A stretch of DNA of 64,000 nt, from the NCBI GenBank assembly GCA_963773315.1, contig CAVZAF010000010.1:117519-181518 (forward strand), written 5' to 3'. The notes beneath the pieces are model-generated. The model had not been told where the DNA came from, searched no databases, and worked only from the letters and a program-made list of their open reading frames with translations. Position numbers and translations under genes: made by a program. This document shows, piece after piece, positions 38,890 to 48,326 of this stretch (within the stretch, counting starts at the first letter, position 1; every line of letters starts with the position of its first letter). The DNA comes from an uncultured Acidimicrobiales bacterium. GTDB lineage: Bacteria; Actinomycetota; Acidimicrobiia; Acidimicrobiales; DATKAS01.

Positions 38890-39483
38890 ATGATGACCCC
38901 GCCGGTAGACGACGTGTTGGAGCAGATCGTCGAGGACTACCTGTCCCGACGCACCGCATACGTCAGGGACCGGGCGTACTCGCTTGCGTACGCCGTGCAC
39001 TACGAGGTGACCGTGCAGATCGACGCGACCGCGGGCGATCCCGAGGTGCTGATCGAGCAGAGGGGGATCATCCCCGTTGCGATGACCGACCTCGAGGACA
39101 TCGAGGACGAAGCGTGGCGCGACCAGTGCCGCGAGATCGAAGAAGAGCTGTGCCCCGGCGGGTTCCCCGAGGTCGAGCAGTGGAAGGCGCGCTACCCCCT
39201 CGGCTTCCAACCGCCCGAGTGGGTCGACGGACAGCTGATCTTCCGGTACAACGCGCGCTGCATCGCGCTGTGCACGCTCGCACTCGACGATGCGGACTTC
39301 GAGCGGTACGTGACCGCGCTGTTCCGCTGGCTCGGTCGGGCCCGTGAGCTCTGGATCGAGCAAGTGACGTCGGGTGTGTACGGCAGCCTCGAAGTCGTGA
39401 CTCGCTTCGTCGATCCCGATGCCTTCGAGATCCTCACGAGTGCGCATCCGCACCTCAAGCCGAGCGAGATCTTCGGGAGCTGA
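38890..39483 (+). CDS. Hypothetical acidic protein
   Basis: AGGAGG RBS, GC-rich third positions; no recognised motif. Confidence 0.75.
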   Translation: MMTPPVDDVLEQIVEDYLSRRTAYVRDRAYSLAYAVHYEVTVQIDATAGDPEVLIEQRGIIPVAMTDLEDIEDEAWRDQCREIEEELCPGGFPEVEQWKARYPLGFQPPEWVDGQLIFRYNARCIALCTLALDDADFERYVTALFRWLGRARELWIEQVTSGVYGSLEVVTRFVDPDAFEILTSAHPHLKPSEIFGS

Positions 39484-39499
39484 CGCTTAGGGTGGCGCC

Positions 39500-40252
39500 G
39501 TGTCCGGATGGCGCCGCTGGGTCGCTCGGGTCACACCGGGAACTGGTGAGCCCGGCAAGGGCGTCTCTTCGTTCCACCTGTGGTGGCAGGACGCGCCGCC
39601 CGAGCCCGTCGTCGCCGTCGAGGTGACACTCGAGGTCGTCGAGGCGCCGGTCGTCGATCGGCTCTACTTCTGGGCGTTGCAGGCCACATTCAACGACGCG
39701 ACCACCGACCACGGTGGCGCGCACCTGGGCTTGCAGTGGAACCCGCGCTATCCGGGCTCTCGTGCCGCGAACTGGGGTGGGTATCCGAAGTTCGGGCAGT
39801 GGGGCGCGGTGCTGCAGGGCACTCCCTCACCGCTTCCGAGCACGCCGAACGACCCGAATACGCGCGACTACCCGTGGCAGCAGGGCGTGCCCTATCGCCT
39901 GCGCATCTCGCGGTCCGACGCGGGCTGGCGTGGCGAGATCACCGACACGACGACCGGGCACACGCAGCTCGTGCGCGACCTTCTCACCGGCGGCGATCGG
40001 CTGACGTCGGTGACGATGTGGTCGGAGGTCTTCGCCCGGTGCGATCACCCGAGCGCGATGGCCCGCTGGTCGAGGCCCGAGTGGACGACCGGGTCCGGCC
40101 GCGTCATCTCGCCGACGCGCGTGCGAGTGACGTTCCCATCCGGCGGCGACTGCCCGAACACCGACGTCGGCACCGACGGCGTCGGCATCTTCCAGCGCAC
40201 GAACACGCCCCGGACACATCGAGACGGCGACGTGCTCGCGGTTCCTGCATGA
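39500..40252 (+). CDS. Hypothetical beta-rich protein (possibly DUF3472-like)
   Basis: YFWALQATF..GGAHLGLQW; TAGGGT -10 six nt before GTG. Confidence 0.7.
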   Translation: MSGWRRWVARVTPGTGEPGKGVSSFHLWWQDAPPEPVVAVEVTLEVVEAPVVDRLYFWALQATFNDATTDHGGAHLGLQWNPRYPGSRAANWGGYPKFGQWGAVLQGTPSPLPSTPNDPNTRDYPWQQGVPYRLRISRSDAGWRGEITDTTTGHTQLVRDLLTGGDRLTSVTMWSEVFARCDHPSAMARWSRPEWTTGSGRVISPTRVRVTFPSGGDCPNTDVGTDGVGIFQRTNTPRTHRDGDVLAVPA

Positions 40253-40271
40253 TCGCGACCATGATCGCGAC

Positions 40272-40691
40272 ATGGACGTCGAGTTCGAGATCGAGGTAGA
40301 GCCCGACCCTCGTAACGTCAGCGAGCTCGAAGACCTGCTGAACGAGTTCAACTTCGCCACTACCGGCATCCGTGACGGCAAGGAGCTCGCCATCTTCGAG
40401 CGCGACTCGCACGGACGGATGGTCGCGGGGCTCTACGGGTGGACGTGGGGAGGCACCTGCGAGATCGACATGCTGTGGCTCGACGAGTCGCAGCGTCGCG
40501 GCGGCAAGGGCTCGGCGATGTTGGAAGCCGCCGAGGCCGAAGCCCTCAGGCGGGGATGCCACCAGATGGTGCTCGGCAGCCACGGGTTCCAGGCTCCCGG
40601 CTTCTACCTCAAGCACGGCTACGAGCTCGTCGCGACGGTCGAGGACTACCCCCGCGGCAGCAGCGACAACTGGTTCCGCAAGCCCCTCTGA
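40272..40691 (+). CDS. GNAT acetyltransferase
   Basis: LWLDESQRRGGKGS, FQAPGFYLKHGY. Confidence 0.9.
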   Translation: MDVEFEIEVEPDPRNVSELEDLLNEFNFATTGIRDGKELAIFERDSHGRMVAGLYGWTWGGTCEIDMLWLDESQRRGGKGSAMLEAAEAEALRRGCHQMVLGSHGFQAPGFYLKHGYELVATVEDYPRGSSDNWFRKPL

Positions 40692-40743
40692 GCAGGGACC
40701 TTCGGCCCTGCCTGCGCGCGCGTCTGTGGGCAAAGATTCACAT

Positions 40744-41220
40744 ATGACGACGAACACGGAGCCACCGGTCGGGCTGAGCGCCTGGGAGCACGATCTGTAC
40801 GAGCACCTGACAGACCACATGCAGAACGAGCTCGCGCTCGTCGATCGCTACGCGGCGCTCGCGGAGAGCGCCGGCGGGCACGTGTCGTACCTGCTGAAGC
40901 TCATCATGGAGGACGAGGCGCGACATCACCGCCTGTTCGACGAGTGGCGCAACGCGCTGCAGTCGAACGCCGAGCTCCGCGAAGTCGAGCCGCAGGTGCC
41001 GCACCTGAGCCGCTCGAAGGAGGCCGAGACGGTGCGAGAGGCCGCACGCGAGTTCCTCGAGGTGGAGCGGGCCGACGAGCGCGACCTGCATCGCCTGCAG
41101 AAGTCGCTGAAGACCGTCAAGGACACGACCATCTGGAGCTTGCTCGTCGACATGATGGAGTGCGACACGAAGAAGCACCAGCTGATCCTCGAGTTCCTCG
41201 AGAAGCATCCCGGCGAGTGA
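40744..41220 (+). CDS. Ferritin/rubrerythrin-like four-helix protein
   Basis: E..Y..EDEARHH in the first half, E..DTKKH in the second half. Confidence 0.75.
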   Translation: MTTNTEPPVGLSAWEHDLYEHLTDHMQNELALVDRYAALAESAGGHVSYLLKLIMEDEARHHRLFDEWRNALQSNAELREVEPQVPHLSRSKEAETVREAAREFLEVERADERDLHRLQKSLKTVKDTTIWSLLVDMMECDTKKHQLILEFLEKHPGE

Positions 41221-41233
41221 CGGTCGGCAGGAG

Positions 41234-41674
41234 TCAGTCGCCTACGTAGACGTCCGCAGTTGCACGCGCGACGACGTCGACGTCGTGAGGCGCGCCCGGC
41301 AACGCAGGGGAGAACACCAGGTGGGCTGACGATCGCAACGTGACGGTCACGGTGCCGTCCTCCGGATCGGAGTCCACCGCCACCGCCGCACGGTCGATCA
41401 CGGCGCTCGACCGAGCGGCGAGCGCGCGGCGCACGGCTTCCTCAGCGCGATCGGGGTCGAGCACGAACTCACCGGTCTCGCGGAAGCGCGCCTCGTCGAG
41501 GCCAAAGGTCACCGCGTCGTTCGCGGCCGCGTCGGCAGCCGCCGCGAGCTCTCGTCGTGCGAGGTACTCAGTCGTGGTGTCGACCGCGATCGCCGCGAGC
41601 ACGATGAGGACGAGCACGGCCGCGGGCACGAGGGCCAACACGCTGCCTCGATCGGAGTGCAGCCGGTCACGCAC
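41234..41674 (-). CDS. TadG/TadE-like minor pilin
   Basis: DRG|SVL prepilin site, TM, AADAAA. Confidence 0.8.
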   Translation of the reverse strand: MRDRLHSDRGSVLALVPAAVLVLIVLAAIAVDTTTEYLARRELAAAADAAANDAVTFGLDEARFRETGEFVLDPDRAEEAVRRALAARSSAVIDRAAVAVDSDPEDGTVTVTLRSSAHLVFSPALPGAPHDVDVVARATADVYVGD

Positions 41675-42116
41675 AGTCCGCCTCGCCTTCGGGTCCGTTG
41701 CGGTACGGATCGACGATCTCGCCGTGGCGCGCGCTGACGTGAATGCCGTCTCCCCATCCGCCGACGAAGGGCAAGGTCAGCGTCGGCACGTCGTAGCTCA
41801 CCTCGAGCGTCACGAGACGGCACCGCTCGAACGCGCCGGCGATGACGTGCAGGCTGCTCCGCGACACATCTCGGCCCCGCGCTGTGAGCTCGGAGCGCGC
41901 GGCGTCGATCGCGTCGGACTCGGCGTCACTCGCTTCCGCCGCTTCGACGTACGCCCTTGCACCTTCACGGGCGGCCGCGGTGGCGGCGAGCTTTGCATCG
42001 ATCACCGCCCACGCGTTCGTGATGAGGAGCACGCCGACGACGAAGATCAACACGCCGAACGGCAGCGCTTCGAAGCCGCCGACCTGACCCGCGTCACCGG
42101 AGGCGCGCTGCCTCAC
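41667..42116 (-). CDS. TadE-like minor pilin
   Basis: DAG|QV..TM..AAAREGARA. Confidence 0.82.
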   Translation of the reverse strand: MRQRASGDAGQVGGFEALPFGVLIFVVGVLLITNAWAVIDAKLAATAAAREGARAYVEAAEASDAESDAIDAARSELTARGRDVSRSSLHVIAGAFERCRLVTLEVSYDVPTLTLPFVGGWGDGIHVSARHGEIVDPYRNGPEGEADCA

Positions 42117-42499
42117 CGCAGCACCTCGCGGCGGACCCTCACGGTCCGCTCGATCGAGCCCGCACCGAACGCGCGCAAGAACCCCGGGCGGCTCACGCGC
42201 ACGGTCACCGCGACAGTGTCAGGGCCGAGGTCCCAGCTGATCGAGGCGCTTTCACCCAGCACGCCGAGCGCGTCGCGGATCTTCGCCTCGGCGCGGTTCG
42301 GGACTTCGGGATGGTCGGTCACGGACGACCCGGCGACGCGCCTCGCGCCCGCGGCTGCCGCCTCGGTCACGACCGACGCCGCGTAGAGGCCTACCACCAC
42401 ATGGACGGCGAGCAACAGGAACGCGAGGAACATGGTGACACCAGCGAGCGACGACACGATGCCCGACCCGCGCTCGCCGCGAAGCCGGCTGACGGTCAC
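42113..42499 (-). CDS. TadE-like minor pilin
   Basis: ERG|SG..TM..AAAAGARRVA. Confidence 0.78.
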   Translation of the reverse strand: MTVSRLRGERGSGIVSSLAGVTMFLAFLLLAVHVVVGLYAASVVTEAAAAGARRVAGSSVTDHPEVPNRAEAKIRDALGVLGESASISWDLGPDTVAVTVRVSRPGFLRAFGAGSIERTVRVRREVLR

Positions 42500-42714
42500 G
42501 AACCGATCTGCCCGACCTGGGTCGAGGTGCGGGCCGAGGCGTCGGCGAAGATGGCCTTGAACGCGACCCACATCAGCGCGCCGAGCAGTGCCATCACGAG
42601 GACCGCGATCGCAGACGAGATGACACCTTCACCGCGGTCGTCGGCCGCGACTCGATCCCACGCGTGGACGGCGAGCGCAGTCGCGGTAGCAGCGATTCGT
42701 TGGATGTACGACAT
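42496..42714 (-). CDS. Flp-type major pilin
   Basis: 72 aa, DDRG|EGV then TM; AAGGAG RBS. Confidence 0.8.
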   Translation of the reverse strand: MSYIQRIAATATALAVHAWDRVAADDRGEGVISSAIAVLVMALLGALMWVAFKAIFADASARTSTQVGQIGS

Positions 42715-42731
42715 GGTTCTCCTTCGGGTGA

Positions 42732-43613
42732 TCAGGATTGGGCGAACAGCTGCATCGCAGCGAGGAAGGGGATGGCGAGCAGGATCGCTCCGGGCACGAG
42801 CGCGGCGACCGTGACGGGGATCCACACCTGCTGGTTGCGTCGCTCGACCAAGGCGATGAGGTCTCGGTGCGACTCGCGTCGCATCGCCGCGGCTTCCTCC
42901 GAGACGAGGCGGCCGAGATCGGTGGTCTCGCGCTCGAGCGCAAGGATCGAGACGAGCCGGTCGACCGACGGGACCTCGACGGTTGCGGCCCACTCGCGGA
43001 GCGCGGCGCTGACCGAGAGGCCCTGACCGACGCGCGTCAGCGCTCGCCGAAGGTCCTGCGCGCACGCGCCTCGACCCCGATCGGCGAGCCGGCCGAGCGC
43101 AGGCCCGAGTGCGTAGCCCGCGCCGAGCAACATCGCGAGCTGCTCGGTGACGACGGGGAGCTCGGCTGCGACGCGCCGCTTCCATGCGTCAGACGCCAGG
43201 GTGACGCGGTGCTCTACGAGGAGGAACCCCAGCGCGGCTGGGGTGATTGTGAGGAGCACCGCGACACCCGTCGTCGCGCCCCCGGCTGCTGCGATGAGCA
43301 GGCCGAGGGCGAGACCGGCAACGCACCAACCGACCTGACGTAGCCGCACCGCGCTCGCGTCGAGGTCGGAGTGCACGCGGGTGAGCCGCGTCGTCAGGTC
43401 GTCGTGCACGCCGAGGGCGCGAGCGACGACGTCTCCCAACGTCCCGGCCGAGTCGCTCAGCCAGTCGAGGGCGGACGGTGTGGCGGACCCCTCTCGGCGG
43501 CCGGCGGTAAGTCGTCGAGCAAGCGAGACCCGGCGAGCCCAACGGGTGTCGGCGAGGGCGAGGGTCGCACCGACCCAGACGATCACGCCGCAACCGAGCA
43601 TCGCGCGGCTCAC
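42732..43613 (-). CDS. tadC: TadC (T2SS-F family) membrane protein
   Basis: ELPVVTEQLAMLLGAG, C-terminal TM. Confidence 0.85.
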   Translation of the reverse strand: MSRAMLGCGVIVWVGATLALADTRWARRVSLARRLTAGRREGSATPSALDWLSDSAGTLGDVVARALGVHDDLTTRLTRVHSDLDASAVRLRQVGWCVAGLALGLLIAAAGGATTGVAVLLTITPAALGFLLVEHRVTLASDAWKRRVAAELPVVTEQLAMLLGAGYALGPALGRLADRGRGACAQDLRRALTRVGQGLSVSAALREWAATVEVPSVDRLVSILALERETTDLGRLVSEEAAAMRRESHRDLIALVERRNQQVWIPVTVAALVPGAILLAIPFLAAMQLFAQS

Positions 43614-44473
43614 GTGAACATCCGCTCGGCTCGGGGCAACCGGAGGATCCGTCCGGCCCACACCCAGCACACCGCGATGAGTGCGAGGGCCGCGGCGACG
43701 ATGGCCTGCGCAGTCCGCCCTTCGTATGCAGCCCGTCCGGTGCCGAGCGACAGGCCGACGAGTGCCATTCCGACGGGGACGATCAGGACGAACTTGCGCG
43801 CAAAGCGAGCGCCGGCTTGTCGCGACGTCGCATCCCGACGCAGGTCGAGCTCGCGGACGCGGTCTTGGATGAGGGCTTCGAGCCGGCGATCGACGCCGCT
43901 CCCTCCGACCTGATGGGCGACGAGCAGCGTCTCGCAGATCACATCGCTGCTGGGCTCGGCGAGCTCGGCCTTCAGCACACCGAGTGCTCGGCCGAAGTCA
44001 GTCGACGCCTGCCACTCTCGTTGCGCAGTGGCAAACGCCTCTCGGACTCCGGGAGCGGCGCGTCGTCCCGATTCGAAGAGGGCCTGAGGGATCGGGCGAC
44101 CCGCGGCCCCGGAGAGCACCCGCGTCTCGTCGAGGACCGCTGGCCACGCCGCGGCGACGCGGTCTTGCCTCCGATCGAGCTCCGCCCGCGCGGACACGAC
44201 GGCGATCGCGATGCAGAGCGCGCCGCTGATCGCGGCCGGCAGAAGCGCGCCGAATAGCGCGAGCGCAGCGAGCGCGGCTGCCGCCCCGACCACCACGGCC
44301 CTGACCGACAGCCCGGTGACCGGCGGAAGCGCGAGCCGGCGACCCGGCGTCCGACGGGCCCTGGGGCCAGGCGTCACGCCGTTCCAGCGAAGCGCCAGGC
44401 TCGTGTAGACGAGGTGCGCGCCATAGGCGGCCAGGCAAGCGATGAGTGCGGGGGCGAGCTGCGATCGGCTCAT
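43610..44473 (-). CDS. tadB: TadB (T2SS-F family) membrane protein
   Basis: WPAVLD..AG..PQAL, multiple TMs, follows tadA. Confidence 0.85.
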   Translation of the reverse strand: MSRSQLAPALIACLAAYGAHLVYTSLALRWNGVTPGPRARRTPGRRLALPPVTGLSVRAVVVGAAAALAALALFGALLPAAISGALCIAIAVVSARAELDRRQDRVAAAWPAVLDETRVLSGAAGRPIPQALFESGRRAAPGVREAFATAQREWQASTDFGRALGVLKAELAEPSSDVICETLLVAHQVGGSGVDRRLEALIQDRVRELDLRRDATSRQAGARFARKFVLIVPVGMALVGLSLGTGRAAYEGRTAQAIVAAALALIAVCWVWAGRILRLPRAERMFT

Positions 44474-45768
44474 CGACCGCTTCCCGACAGGACTGTCCGC
44501 ACCACGAGGCCGCGCTCGCCGAACCGTCGCTGGAGGCGTTCGGGAAGCTCTCCCGTCCACTGCAGGCGACCCCCTGGCCCGTCCGGTGCGAACACCTCGG
44601 TCAGCGTGAAGTGAGGCGAATCGGGCCCGCTGACCAGCTCTTCGACTGCGACGACGCTGGTGATCCGCACTCCGTCGCGAGTGCGCGCCGAGTGGACGAC
44701 CACGTCGATCGCGTCGCTCACGAGCGAGGTCAGTGCTGCGAATGGGAGGTGTCTCCCCGCTTCGGACAGCTGGCTCAGGAACCGCAGGCGGCTGAGGGCC
44801 TGAGCGGCCGAGCTCGCGTGGATCGTCGTGTAGCCGGTGACCCCTGAGGACAGCGCGAGGAGCAAGGAGAGCGCCTCGCGGTCGCGCACCTCGCCGACGA
44901 CGGCGACGTCGGGAGCCATCCGCAGGAACCCCGCGACGAGTCGTCGGAGGTCGACCTCAGGTCGATCGGCCCGCGCCGGCCGGGTCTGCATCTGGGCGAC
45001 GTTCGGAAGCGCGATGTCGGCCTCGAACACCTCTTCCGCCACGACGACGCGCAGCGACGGCTCGAGCTCTGCGAGGCAGCACGACAGCAACGTGGTCTTG
45101 CCCGCACCGGGTGCGCCCGCGAACACGATGGACGCGCGTGCCTTCGTGCACGCGGCGAGGAATGCAGCGACTGCCGGTTCGACGGCGCCGAGCTCGACGA
45201 GCTCGTCGAGCGAGCGGATCGGCACGCCCGTGAACTTCCGGATGTTGACGAGCATGTGCCCGCCGCGGCCGACGTCACCGTGGACGATGTGCACGCGCGA
45301 TCCGTCGTCGAGGCGCGCGTCTTGCAGTCCCTCCGCCGGATCGAGCTTGCGGTGGGCGCCGGGCGCGTCGTCGAGCAAGCGCGTGAGCGTGCGGAGCACG
45401 TGATCGTCGTCGTGGAAGACCTCGTCGTGGAACCCGCTCGGACCCGCGTGTCGCTTGACGAAGATCGCGTCAGGAGCGTTGATCTCGATCTCCCAGACGT
45501 CGTCATCGACGAGGAGTGGCGCCAACGGCCCGTAGCCGCTGAGGTTTCGCAGGGCGCGGTCGACGACGCTCTCGGGGTCGGCGACTGGCGTCGGCCGGAT
45601 GCCGCGCTGGAAGTCGACGTTCCAGCGATCGACCTCGTCCACGAGCATCGCTCTCAACGCTTCGGTGCTTTGGTCGTGGAGTCCTGTGCGCTTCGCGCGG
45701 TCTTGCACGCGGCGCTCGATCTCGACGAGGGGTGACGCTGCGAGCGCGGCGTCGAACGTGGTGGTCAT
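44470..45768 (-). CDS. tadA: TadA/CpaF pilus assembly ATPase
   Basis: GAPGAGKTT, LRMAPD, VGEVRD, TTIHA. Confidence 0.93.
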   Translation of the reverse strand: MTTTFDAALAASPLVEIERRVQDRAKRTGLHDQSTEALRAMLVDEVDRWNVDFQRGIRPTPVADPESVVDRALRNLSGYGPLAPLLVDDDVWEIEINAPDAIFVKRHAGPSGFHDEVFHDDDHVLRTLTRLLDDAPGAHRKLDPAEGLQDARLDDGSRVHIVHGDVGRGGHMLVNIRKFTGVPIRSLDELVELGAVEPAVAAFLAACTKARASIVFAGAPGAGKTTLLSCCLAELEPSLRVVVAEEVFEADIALPNVAQMQTRPARADRPEVDLRRLVAGFLRMAPDVAVVGEVRDREALSLLLALSSGVTGYTTIHASSAAQALSRLRFLSQLSEAGRHLPFAALTSLVSDAIDVVVHSARTRDGVRITSVVAVEELVSGPDSPHFTLTEVFAPDGPGGRLQWTGELPERLQRRFGERGLVVRTVLSGSGR

Positions 45769-47073
45769 ACCGCGTCGGCCTCGGGCTCGGTCCAACGCCC
45801 CAAGCTTCCGGGAGCGACCGGCTCCGGACGCTCGTCGTCGAGCTCTTCGAACGTGAGCGCCCGGGTCTCGAGGACGGTGCTGACCGCCCTCGTCGTCGGC
45901 GTGACGAGCGGAGCGGGGAGCGGCCGCCCTGCCCGCACTGCGTCCTCGACGGCGCGACGAGTGACGACGAAGAGCGGTGCGCCGACTGGCGAGCCTGTGG
46001 AACCGGACCTGGTCAGCAGAGGGAGGGCCCGAGCGATGGCCGCGCGCTCGCGGGGCGATCTCGGCGCATGGTTGACCACGGTGACGAGCCGCAGGGGATC
46101 GACGCCGTGCTCGAGCACGTCGCGAAGGACCTGGGCGAGGCTGTGCAGCCCGCCGGTCGTGGCCGTACCGACGACGACGGTCGCGCTTCGCGCGAGCGAG
46201 CACGGTGCGCGAGATCGCGTTGCGTTCCTCGACCTCGAAGGAGCCGCACTCGTGGTGGCCGTCGACGTCGGGATCGACGTCCCCGACGACCATCGGGTAG
46301 GCCCCGAGCAGTGAGTCGAGGGCTGCGTCGAGGGCCCGTGGCCGGAGCGACGACCAGCCTCGGCGTCGGCGCATCCCCAGGAGCAGGTGGTAGCCGCGCT
46401 CCTCGACGTCGAACACCATCGAGTGGACGGCCGACGGGCCGAGCGACCCGCCGCGATGCGCTTCGACGAGCTCGGGAAGCCCGGGGACGATGTCGGGCGC
46501 GTGGTGGAGCACGCCCTGGTCTGCGTCGAGCGCGAGGTCGGCGAGCAGGACGGCTCCCGGACGATGTCGGGCCGCGAGTCCCTGTGCGACCGCGGCCGCG
46601 ATCGTGGACGCGCCCGATCCCCGCGCACCGGTCACCGCGACGAGGTCACCGGCCCACGCCCGAACGGGGCTCGCGATGGGCGCGGCGCCGGCGACGCCGC
46701 GGGGGATCGCTCTTGTCATGCCGTCGAGCGCGGTGATCAGGTCTTCGACGCTGAAGTCACGGGCAAGCACGGCAGTCGCGCCGAGCGCGTCCCAGTCCCG
46801 GATCACTCGTGGGTCGGCGACGACGAAGACCGCCACCCCCGAGCGACGCGCCTCGTCCAGCAGGTCGCGGTCGACCGACGGGAGACCGCCATCGACGAGC
46901 AGCGCCGAGAACGACCGGCCTGACGCGAGCCGTACTCGCGTCTCTTCGGCGCTGACCGATTTGAGGAACTCGATCGGGACTCCGCCCGCCGTGGCCAGCC
47001 GCGCGAGGTCGCTGAACCACGCGGACCGCGCGGACGCGAGGCCGAGCACGACGTACCGCTCGCCGGGGATCAC
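45765..47073 (-). CDS. TadZ/CpaE/Ssd-like receiver + MinD-type protein (frameshift at about 46190)
   Basis: Atypical receiver domain, degenerate Walker A GARGSGAST, LLADL. Confidence 0.78.
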
Positions 47074-47816
47074 GGCGCCGCCTCGAGCGCGTCGGGGACG
47101 ACGGTGGGCTGGTAGGCGAGGCCAAGAGTCGCGGAGTCGGTGCGCACCAGGGTCAGCTCGCCGGCGCGCGCCGCGTGCACGACCGCATCGACGTCGGCCT
47201 CGGCCTGCAGGCCGAGCGTCACCACGTCCTTGGTGCCGACTGCGAGGCCGGCCGGTTTCGACAGCCGTTCGACCAGCGCCGTGCTCGCGACCGTGAGCGT
47301 CACGGCGTCGGGGCCGCTGCCATAGGTGGCGAGCACCGCGACGTGCTCACCGGACACGAGGCGGCCGTCGAGCGCGCGATCGGAGTCGACGGACAGGGAG
47401 ACCTCGAAAGGCGACAATGGGCCTCTCGCGAGCGCGGGCGCCTGCACCAGCTGGCCGCTCGCGAGGGGACCCAGCGAGGTGGCACCAGCGAGGGTCGACG
47501 GCTCGGTGAACGCCAGCGCTGCCTGCTCGGGCGGGAGGTCAACCGGGACCGTCGTCAGGTCTGCGGCGGTGAGCCGAGCGCCCGCCTCGACAGAGTGCGC
47601 AGCGACGACGTAGCGGGTCGGCGCGTGCGGCTTGGGAGTGGCGAGGACGAACGCGCCGACTGCCGCGATCGCCACGAGAAGCCCTCCGACCAGGGCGCGT
47701 CCCGATGGTCGCCTGCCCCGTGACGCGACGACACCTGCGACTTGCCGTGACCGCGTCTCATCGCGGTCTCCGCCGTGCGCACGGGCGCGCTCCAAGAGCG
47801 CGTTGGTGCTCTTCAT
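47070..47816 (-). CDS. SAF-domain RcpC/CpaB-like protein
   Basis: TM then YVVAAHSVEAGARLTAADL (SAF) and GEHVAVLAT. Confidence 0.82.
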   Translation of the reverse strand: MKSTNALLERARAHGGDRDETRSRQVAGVVASRGRRPSGRALVGGLLVAIAAVGAFVLATPKPHAPTRYVVAAHSVEAGARLTAADLTTVPVDLPPEQAALAFTEPSTLAGATSLGPLASGQLVQAPALARGPLSPFEVSLSVDSDRALDGRLVSGEHVAVLATYGSGPDAVTLTVASTALVERLSKPAGLAVGTKDVVTLGLQAEADVDAVVHAARAGELTLVRTDSATLGLAYQPTVVPDALEAAP

Positions 47817-47887
47817 CTCCGCCGATCCCTCCCGCCGTTTCCGCCGCCGTCAGCCCTCGCCAAGGGCCGATCTCATCAAGCGCCGAG

Positions 47888-47917
47888 AAGGTACTGAGAC
47901 TCATCGAAACACGTCAA
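47888..47917 (-). promoter_or_regulatory. Tad operon promoter
   Basis: TTGACG-N18-TACCTT on minus strand. Confidence 0.6.
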
Positions 47918-48026
47918 ATCGAGAACCGGGCGCCGCGGGCGATCGGATCGCTCACAGCACCCAGGAGGCCGTGCGCTCTCGCGTTTGGCGCCCTCGCACG
48001 AAAACGCATCGAAATCCACCGAAACG
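47902..48026. repeat. Two arrays of 10-bp-phased direct repeats
   Basis: CATCGAAACA/CGTCAAATCG (47902-47921); CACGAAAACG/CATCGAAATC/CACCGAAACG (47997-48026). Confidence 0.7.
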
Positions 48027-48053
48027 CGCCCACCCCGTCGTACCATGGCCCTC

Positions 48054-48326
48054 ATGACCGTGACCGATGAGCACATGAACACCAAAGCTGCAGGTGAGGA
48101 GATCCGATGGCTCTCGACGGCGGCCGCCGCGAAGCGCCTCGGCATCACGAATCGCACGCTCTACCGCTTCATCGACGAAGGATTGCTGCCCGCTTACCGC
48201 TTCGGGCGAGTGATCCGACTGCAGCAGAAGGAAGTCGACGCGTTCATCCAGCGCAGTCGCATCGAACCAGGCACGCTCGAGCACCTCTACCCCGAGTCGA
48301 CGAGCGCAACCTCCGACACCGCCTGA
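48054..48326 (+). CDS. Excisionase/BldC-like (HTH_17) DNA-binding protein
   Basis: WLSTAAAAKRLGITNRTLYRFIDEGLLPAYRFGRVIRL; TACCAT -10 seven nt before ATG. Confidence 0.9.
   Translation: MTVTDEHMNTKAAGEEIRWLSTAAAAKRLGITNRTLYRFIDEGLLPAYRFGRVIRLQQKEVDAFIQRSRIEPGTLEHLYPESTSATSDTA

Noticed and set aside
40248..40271. 12-bp tandem duplication CATGATCGCGAC x2
   Set aside because: Two copies only, in a short spacer; not a CRISPR array and no evident function.
16569..41220. Genomic island integrated at tRNA-Cys
   Set aside because: No integrase, no duplicated tRNA 3' end seen, and composition looks like the flanks.
44470..47073. 867-aa ORF suggesting a TadZ-TadA fusion
   Set aside because: Produced by one extra base near 46190. 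The TadZ C-terminus continues in another frame to 45765 and TadA has its own ATG at 45768.
48054..48326. Excisionase as evidence of a prophage or ICE
   Set aside because: No integrase, phage or conjugation genes nearby; the flanks are tad and phoH.
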